A DNA stretch of 20,000 nucleotides, from assembly GCA_002245135.1 (NCBI GenBank), contig NGBS01001197.1:49953-69952 (forward strand), in the 5' to 3' direction. Positions 12,382 through 20,000 of the stretch are shown one piece after another. A model generated the notes under the pieces. It ran no database searches, was not told the DNA's origin, and saw only the letters and a program-made list of their open reading frames with translations. The position numbers were made by a program, and so were the translations under genes. Origin of the DNA: Proteromonas lacertae. Taxonomy: Eukaryota. Each line of letters starts with the position of its first letter. Position 1 is the stretch's first letter.

Positions 12382-14651
12382 ATGGGCTGTTCATATAGTA
12401 ATATGTTAAACAGTTCATTTATGTCAGATGCTCATCTACTTAATGGAAGTGATGTTCATCTAAATTTCTTAGATAACATATTTGATTCAAAGATTAATGT
12501 ATATTGCATATAATTGACATGTAGCTACAAATAAAATTATCCAATTTGCCAATTGATGAAGGCGACACGAATTTTTCAATACTAATGGTTGTATTCTTAA
12601 ATGAAGGTAGAAAACTGTGGAAGGAGATTTATCGAAGTGATGTTGTTTATATTCCTGGTAAAGAGTATAAAATTAGTGATTTACTTGATAACTAGATATG
12701 AATTTATGGATTCTATACCAATGATATACAAATTTGAAGTCCCGCAACTTTTAAGATTTAGAGTTTACAAAGTTATCGATTTTGAACATCCAAATGATGG
12801 AATTGACATAGAAAAGCAAACATTTTTAGGTGAAAACGAACATGCAGTTTCAAAATTAGTAATGAATGAAGAATCAAGGGTTATAAGTAAATTAACAGTA
12901 AAATCCGAAGAAACTCAAATAGTTATGGTAATAGATGTATTAGAAAATAGTCCAAATGAATTAGTGTCTATAAAATTAGCAGCAACAGGTATAAATATAA
13001 TTTATGTAGTTATTTAGAAATTAATTATCCTCGATATTTGAAATCTCCAAAACCATTATGTGTATTCCTACGAGAAACTGAAAGTACAGTTTACTCACCT
13101 ATTGCACATACTCAAACGGTAAACAATGCAAAAGATACATTTGAATTTCCAACATTAGTAACTCCTTATCCTCTCTTCTGTGGTAATAACCCTAACTGCC
13201 AGTTTATAATAGAAGTAAACTCCATCAATGATGATGGAAGTACAGTAGAATTAGGAAGTAACGATAAAGTATATAAATATTTCTATTTTTTTATTGAAAT
13301 AGTTAAATTTTAAAGATTTGCAAAAGAAAACTCCAATAACATTAAAAGATATAAATAAAAATAGAATTGGTAAAATTGATATAATAGATTTTGATATAAT
13401 TAATACTGATCAGACGTTTTATAATTATATAAAGAATGGATTGCAGTTTCAATTGAATATTCATATGTCTTTCACCACTGCAAATGGACCTTATTCATCT
13501 CCTGATAGTTTTCATTATTTATCTGAAAATTTAAATTCGTATATATATATTATTATTATTATTACTTATTCTTATTTCTATCTCATTTTTTTTTCCTGTT
13601 TATTATTATATTATTGTACGTATAGTTATCAATTAATAATCACTAAAGTTATTGACACATTAGATATCTATTTATATAATCATCAAATAAATCTCTTTGC
13701 TTTAGGTAGTAAAACCAATAACACTGTAAATATATCATATAAAATGAATGAGAATCCAGTATAATATATATATATATATATATAATTTAAATAGTTGACA
13801 AAGATAGAAGATGTAATGGAATGTTATTCATCAGCTGTTAAAACACTTCAATCCTCATACATCTTTAGGATTTTCAGGAATATTTGACGATGCAATTTCT
13901 ACACTTCAAATATTACCAAAAACAGTATTTTTAGTAGAAGTAATGATTGTTCATGAATATCCAACTGATATTGGATCTTGTCTATCTAAAATTGATATTA
14001 TATCCTTTTTATTATTATTTTTTAATAAAGTTTCTTTAATTTTTTTCTAAGTTTCTAATTTACCTGTTCTTTTTCTTCATAATCAATATACAGAATGATT
14101 CAGATAAACGATTTGATGCATTTGCTGGTACAGAACTTGGATTGTTTCTAACAGGAAAAGGATTATTAAAGCGAAATATATCTTTTTATTTTTATTTTTA
14201 AATATACTTTTATATTTCTTTAATTCTTTTTTTTTACCCATTTTTAGTAACAACAATAGATAATAAGTCTATCAAAAAGTCATCAGCATTAACACATTCA
14301 ATTCATTCAATATTTGAAAGATTACCAGAAAGAGTTATTGAATATTATAGATTATATAATATACCATTATTCAAGAAGAATAATAACAACAAGAATGAAA
14401 ATGAAACTGAAGAGATTAATAGTGTGAATAAAATAGAAGAAGAAGGAAGTACAAAAGAAGCTGAAGTTATTGATCCTGATAGTATAGATGTGACATTGTC
14501 TAATGTAACAAGTGATACAGTCAATCCTGTAGAGAATGGTAGAAAACCTTCAACTACAACTAGTAATACAGATACATCTAATCCAAACCCATCACCACCA
14601 GCAAAAAGTGAGCCAGATGATGTAAAGGATGAAAATAGTAATAAAGCTTAA
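12382..14651 (+). CDS. Divergent copine (C2A-C2B-vWA) with an MGCSYS N-terminus and an acidic/Pro tail. Exons 12382-12498, 12525-12664, 12696-12988, 13018-13268, 13303-13538, 13626-13758, 13795-13999, 14051(or 14052)-14177, 14238-14651
   Basis: C2A motif YKFEVPQLLRFRVY...QTFLGE. vWA segment TFYNYIKNGLQFQLNIHMSFTTANG...SPDSFHY...SYQLII resembles the copine consensus FLDYI.GG......IDFTASNG.P..P.SLHY..N.Y. Later matches are VSNLPV (ASKLPM), KRNPF (RDIVQF) and ERLPERVIEYY (AEIP.Q...YF). Needs a +1 correction near 13855. Confidence 0.85.
14000..14050 (+). other. Putative U12-type intron, AT-AA (51 nt) or AT-AG (52 nt, to 14051)
   Basis: The 5' end ATATCCTTTTT matches the U12 donor consensus RTATCCTTT. 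TTTCTTTAAT lies at 14031-14040. If unspliced there is an in-frame TAA at 14048-14050. Confidence 0.78.
14178..14237 (+). other. Putative U12-type AT-AC intron (60 nt)
   Basis: The 5' end is ATATCTTTTT, TTTCTTTAAT lies at 14215-14224, and the 3' end is TTTTTAC. The intron is phase 0, removes an in-frame TAA, and gives KRN|PFLVTT. No GT exists between 14146 and 14246. Confidence 0.82.
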
Positions 14652-14741
14652 TATGAAATGTAATAATTTTTATGTTTTTTGAAATTCCAAAAATAAAAAG
14701 AAATATAGTCGTTACATTTTCAAAAATTTAAATTTTGTCTA

Positions 14742-15959
14742 ATGAAGTATTACACAGTTCTGATCATATCAATTTGTATTTGTTATACATCAGCAATAGT
14801 ATATATATCATTTTTTATTTATAGTATTCACAACTGACATTAAACTGTACATCAGAGGTTGATTTTCTGTATGTAAACAACGTATGCTTTAAACAACAGT
14901 TCGACTATTTATTTGAATTACCTTTATTCTATGCCAATGATAATATAAGAGTAAATAGATTTTGTAAATCACCATTTTCTTGTTTACAAAATCATATATT
15001 ACCTAAACACCAGTATATAACAATGTTTGATATGGAAGATCCTGTTTATCTAATAAAATTTGTTTCATCCTTGCATTTAGGTCATACATACAACAATCTA
15101 ATGTATTTATGGTATATAATAGACCATCCTGACATATTTCCAATACCAAAGGATGTAATATTCGTAGATTATTCAACCAATAATGATTATGTCAATTTTT
15201 ATATGAATTATTTCACCACCATTTTAAGTAAAATGAATCCAAAGATTAGAATATATTATAGAAAAGATATAGCAAAATTAATAAGAAGAGACAATTTTAT
15301 TTGCTTTTCTAAAGCCTATATTAATCCAAGAAGTTCATGTTGGTGGATTTGGTGGTTATTTTATAAACAGTAATAGTCGTGAAAGATTTAAAGATTCAAT
15401 ATATGATTTCATGAAGTTAAATAAAACAGAAACAATGTTAAATATTAAAGATAATGAAATAAAAATACTCATTCTATATCGTAGAAATAGAAATATAATA
15501 AATGTTGAAGAAATAGCTGATGCAATATTGATAATATGTGAACATATGAAAATACAATGTGGAATATATAAATACTTAGATTATGAAATGATGACACCTC
15601 CAGCGCAGATTGTATTTTCAATGAATATTGATATATATATATCACCACATGGTACTTCTTTATTTAATACATTATGGTTGAATAGTAAAAAATGTGTAAT
15701 TGAATTATTTCCAGCATTTTTTATAAGAACTGATTGGATGTATAGTAGTTATGATTATGATTTGTTTTATTATCCAATATTTTCATCAATACATTATAAT
15801 TGGGAATTATTATCAATGTTTTATAGAGGCAGTAGTCCTTCTTTGTTGTTTGCACTGAAAGATTCTATTATTCCGAATTATCAAGAAGATTTTTTTGTTT
15901 CATCAAAAGAGGTAATGCAATCATTCCTGTATTGTTATGATAGGATAGTTAATAATTAA
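14742..15959 (+). CDS. Glycosyltransferase family 61-like (DUF563) with a signal peptide/anchor. Exons 14742-14798, 14825-15959. Apparent +1 indel near 15329
   Basis: N-terminal MKYYTVLIISICICYTSA and HLGHTYN. The C-terminal RRNRNIINVEEI...QIVFSMNIDIYISPHGTSLFNTLWL...VIELFP matches the GT61 pattern R.I.N..E...Q......D..VGPHGAGLTN..F.....VIELFP. Intron 14799-14824. Confidence 0.8.
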
Positions 15960-16070
15960 ATTGTTGTTTATTTATATGTATATCTTATTTAATTCTGTTT
16001 TTGTAGAAAATGAAACGCCTAAAATTTTAGATTCGTCATTTTCAAGATTTTTTTAATTCAATATCTTTAA

Positions 16071-18789
16071 ATGGAGGAGCCGTTGTTGGATTACGAAAAG
16101 AAATTAACTTTAAGAAAGACATTGACAGTCAAGCAAACACTATCAAGGCAGGATTCTGTTATACCGCCGCGATTAAGAACTCTTACGTATAAAATAAAAC
16201 GACTATATTACAGAGTGAAAATAAATGCAAGGAAAACATATGTTGGTGAAATAATTGCACCATTTTTCACGTATTTATTAATCTTCTCTAATCTGGTAGT
16301 TGTTTCGTTATTTATACCTTTATAATATCAATTCCAGTTGTGCTATTCCATGGACCATTAGAACAATATCTTATCTCCGCAATGCACAGTGGTATGGTTG
16401 GAACTTTTGTCAACCAATTAATAATATCATTCTGGGGACCTTACCCAAGTGCAGTAAATCAAATGAGTATAGAAAGTACACCGTTACTCTCAGAGATTGT
16501 TTCAGATTTAGAGAAATCCACTTATCCTCTTGAACATCAAGCTGCCACACTTTTATTTATAATCTCACTAGAAGCTATACTTTCAGGAATCATAGCATTC
16601 ATCTTAGGAAAATTAAAAATGGCAAAAATATTACATTACCTCCCAACTCCAGTTACATCTGGTGCATTTGGAGCTGTTGGTTATTTTCTATATAAATACT
16701 GTTATACGATAGGTTATGGAGAAGAATTTTCATCAAATATATTCAAGAACTATTCAATATGGTTATTTGTCATTATTCATGTATATTTATTTATTTATTG
16801 TTATTATTATTTTATATATAAATAAATAGTTGGGAGGTTTATTATTATTCGTTTTACAAAACTATTTCTCATCTCCATTCAATTTTCCAGGATTTCTAAT
16901 AATTGGTTCTGTCATATTTCATATTTGTAGATTTATATTCCATATTAGTCTAGAAGAAGCACAAAATTCAACATGGTTAATGAAACCTCCAGAAAGTGAA
17001 CCATTTTATAATTTATATGTACGAATGAATCCTAATTTGATTGAATTTAAATTTGTACTACAAGAAACTGCAACTATATTTTTAGCTTGTTTGTTAGGTC
17101 CAATTTTAAACACATGGAATTAATGCATTAGTGTTAGATAGAATGTTTGGCAAATCATCAAGCCTAGATAGTCTATTTACTGTATATTTTTTATTTACTT
17201 GAATAGAATCTAAGCTATGGTAATTTCTTTTCTGGTTTATTAGGTGGATTTCCATCCAATATTGCAATTTCAGCGACTGGTTTTCATCGTGTATGTGGTG
17301 GTTCTTATAAATGGTCAACAATTGAATTATCAGTGATAATTATGTTATCTTTCTTTATTCCACAGGTTATTTCAGTTGTTATTTTAATTCCAAGGTTTTT
17401 ATTGGGAGCGGTGTTTGTTTATATGGGTATTGATTTTATCGTTGTATATATATATATATATATATATTAATTATTTTTTTTATTAATAGAGTAGTTTAAA
17501 AGCTTATTATGAAGTAACAAAGTTAGAGTTTTGTATTATTTTAGCTATTATTATAGGAAGTGCTTTACTTGGAGTATTAATTGTTTAATTTATTATTGTT
17601 TTTTAATAGATCACTACTGGATTGGGTGCTGGAATATTTATATCATTTGTTATGTATATCTACTCTTCAGCTCATACTCAATTCATTTCATCAGAAAGTA
17701 ATGATTACAGTAATTACACATTAGAAGATGAAGTAGAATTCAAAAATGAAAATCAATCCATTAAAATCTACCAATTAAGCGGATATATATTTTTTGCACC
17801 ATCCTATGATATAAGTGAGCATATTCTAGACACAGTGAAAAAGCAGAATACTCAATTAGGAAGTAGTTTTATCACATTTGTTGTGATTGATTTCTCTAGA
17901 GTTACAGGTTTAGATTCAACAGCGAAGAATGTATTAGCTGATTTAGTAGTTGATTTAGCTGAAGATAATATTCATGTAGGTTTAGTATTTGTTAATCCAA
18001 AGAGGAGAGAAGAAATGTTTAATTATTTAAAGACTAAATATCCTAATACAGATGTTTATCCATTTTCTGTATATATATTTTTATATTTATTTATTTATTT
18101 ATTAGACATATTCAACAATTCAAGATGCAATTGATGAATATACATATCATATGACATTCTGTAATTCTTCCAATTTTCAGAATAAAGAGATTATAAAGTT
18201 TAGAAATAAACATCTTCAAACCATTTATTATTTTATTAATTCATTATTGTATACGAATAATAATAGTTTAGTAAGAAAAGCAATATTAAGAATATTTTCA
18301 GATAATTTAGGAGGTAAAATAATAAGATTTGAAAAGAATGAAATAATATTTAAAGAGAATTCTACTTCTCAAGGAATTTACATATTGTTAAAAGGTAAAA
18401 TATTAGTTTATAGTGATCTATTGAATTATGATGATCCTTCTAGTTTTGATCCTGATAAATTATTATGGACAATTACACGTAAAGGAGCAATAATTGGAAA
18501 CGTTGATGAATATGGAGATGTAGTTTGTAATAATGAAACTACAGTTGTTTCAAATGAAATTGTGAAGAATGAAAAAGGAAATGGTGGTGGTATTCCACTT
18601 TCGAATAGTATTGATGATGGATCATGTTTGATGTTCTTTATATCACATGAATCTTTGAAGAAATTGAAAGAAGTTGATGTGAATTTGAGTCATGCAATAT
18701 ACAAATGGGAAAGGAAGATTAGAATAAAAAAATTAGATATGTTGAAGAAGAGGTTAATATCAGCAACAAAAGCGTTTTTAGAAAACTAA
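16071..18789 (+). CDS. SulP/SLC26-family transporter with STAS and cyclic-nucleotide-binding-like domains. Exons 16071-16270, 16300-16780, 16830-17181, 17207-17443, 17490-17573, 17610-18068, 18106-18789. Apparent +1 indel near 17118
   Basis: SulP motifs: LGKLKMAKILHYLPTPVTSGAFGAVG, GNFFSGLLGGFP, IPRFLLGAVFVYMG. STAS: IYQLSGYIFFA...VIDFSRVTGLDSTA. cNMP-like: FEKNEIIFKENSTSQGIYILLKGKI...KGAIIG. Six GT-AG introns, in phase. Confidence 0.88.
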
Positions 18790-18866
18790 ATATTTGTTAA
18801 TGTTTATGATTTTTAAATTTCTTTTCATTTTGAAACGGATTATTTTTTTGAACATTTTCATTCAAA

Positions 18867-19653
18867 ATGGTTTTTTTCTTTAAAATAAGAGGTATAATCC
18901 ATTATTTTAATTTTAGGTGGATACACTGTATATATGGGTAAAGATAAATACGAAAACGAGGAATTATTGAAATATGGATGGCCAGAAGACATATGGTATT
19001 GATAATAAGACTATTTATTAGGTTTCACGTTGATAATTACTCATCTGCACACGTTTATGTGAGGATGAATAAAGTATATTCACTTTTTCTAATGATTTAG
19101 GGAGAAACTATTGATGATCTACCCGATAATGTGATTGAAGATTGTTGCCAATTAGTAAAAGTATTTTTTATTTTGAATAATCATATGAAATAGGCTAATT
19201 CTATAGAAGGCTGTAAACCACCATCTGTGAATGTAGTTTATACTCCATTCCTCAATTTAAGAAAAAGATGGTAGTATGGATGTTGGTCAAATAGATTTCA
19301 CAATGAAAAAGAAAGAAAATTAATTAAAGTTGATAGAGATAACTCAATTGTAAAACGTATAATGAAAACAAAAAGGAGAAGAGTATACATAACATTTTAT
19401 ATTTATTCATCTAATAGATTTCCAGACTTAAAACAGGAATGGATTGAAAGACAAAATGAAGATAAGAGAGAAAGGAAGGCTCAATATATTAACAGCAAGA
19501 ACAAGAGAAGAAGGAGAGAGAAGAAGCTAGAAAACTAAAAGAATTATCAGAATATAAGACGTTAATGAAGAAACAAGATATGACATCCAATACTCTTTCG
19601 AAAAGTCAGTTGATAATAGTGCAGCTGTTAGTTATGAAGAAGATTTTATGTAA
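18867..19653 (+). CDS. CCDC25: CCDC25 / Jlp2 family protein (NFACT-R-like, DUF814). Exons 18867-18891, 18917-18995, 19022-19073, 19101-19160, 19194-19382, 19418-19653. Five frame breaks in the 3' half
   Basis: The spliced translation [96 protein letters not shown]..MDVGQIxFH...FPDL...EEDFM* closely matches human CCDC25 as I recall it. Absent from the ORF track. Confidence 0.93.
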
Positions 19654-19768
19654 AATGTAGTTATTTTTTGAATTTGAATTGTCTAATATTGTTTATTTTT
19701 TGATTTGACCTAAAATAGAAGTGTAAATTACATTTGATTGGTAATTTTTATTTTTTTATCGTAACTCA

Positions 19769-20000
19769 ATGCAGTTGAGGATATTTCTAGTTATAAGTGT
19801 TTTATGTGTTATTACATATAGTGTAGAGAAACAGACAGAAAAGAAACCGATGAAGGTATATTTTATTTTTATCGATTTCTTTATTAGCTCTTTATAAGCC
19901 TATTAAAAGTGAAGGAGGAGGTATAAATTAATTATGTGAATATTTTAGGAGCAATTCAAGGCTGTACAAACTGTTACATCATAAGTGATGAATGTAAACA
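19769..20000 (+). CDS. Putative secreted protein, 3'-partial. Exons 19769-19855, 19888-19920, 19949->20000
   Basis: Signal-peptide-like MQLRIFLVISVLCVITYS and two typical GTAT...TAG introns (19856-19887, 19921-19948). The frame stays open to the window end (ETDEALYKPIKSEGGGAIQGCTNCYIISDECK) only if one A is missing near 19840. Confidence 0.6.

Noticed and set aside
14030..14051. 22-nt GT-AG intron as an alternative to the first U12-type intron
   Set aside because: Its GTTT donor and length are unlike any other intron here. It would translate a low-complexity AT tract (ISFLLLFFNK) and lose the copine SNLP motif.
2..14651. Functional cluster of membrane/lipid genes (golgin, PI4K, lipase, PH protein, copine)
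   Set aside because: These are common eukaryotic families interspersed with unrelated genes. There is no evidence of co-regulation beyond one divergent pair.
3972..17321. Short overlapping ORFs (3972-4181, 4308-4520, 6592-6816, 6759-6962, 8089-8274, 10126-10365, 12140-12352, 16300-16533, 17106-17321)
   Set aside because: They are off-frame or antisense to well-supported genes, or span intergenic AT tracts, and show no recognisable motifs.
17445..17467. (TA)n microsatellites (also near 2846, 7786, 10705, 11040, 11190, 13765)
   Set aside because: They are confined to introns and are ordinary slippage tracts, often extending the GTAT donor.
4997..19653. Genes lacking encoded stops (poly(A)-created stop codons)
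   Set aside because: All nine gene 3' ends visible here have a genomically encoded stop.
2..20000. Alternative genetic code or stop readthrough as the cause of ORF fragmentation
   Set aside because: In-frame stops fall inside short introns or after frame breaks. TAA, TAG and TGA are all used as genuine terminators.

Overview
Very AT-rich, gene-dense eukaryotic nuclear DNA in the standard code. The ORF track is fragmented because genes are split by about 37 tiny spliceosomal introns, mostly 25-38 nt and GTAT...TAG. This resembles Blastocystis-type or related stramenopile gut protists (inference only). I reconstructed ten genes by hand: a 5'-partial GRIP-domain golgin with a higher-order coding tandem repeat; a ubiquitin-like-domain type II PI4-kinase (gamma-like); a secreted GDSL/phospholipase B-like lipase; an R3HDM4-like protein; a minus-strand PH-domain protein; a divergent, probably N-acylated copine; a GT61-like glycosyltransferase; a SulP-STAS-cNMP transporter; CCDC25 (missed by the ORF track); and a 3'-partial secreted protein. 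The most notable signal is two consecutive non-GT introns in the copine gene (ATATCCTTT...AA/AG and ATATCTTT...AC). They share an identical branch-site-like decamer TTTCTTTAAT and look like very short U12-type minor-spliceosome introns. Major-class donors are almost invariantly GTAT without G+5. About eleven single-base frame breaks in the right half are most likely assembly indels.
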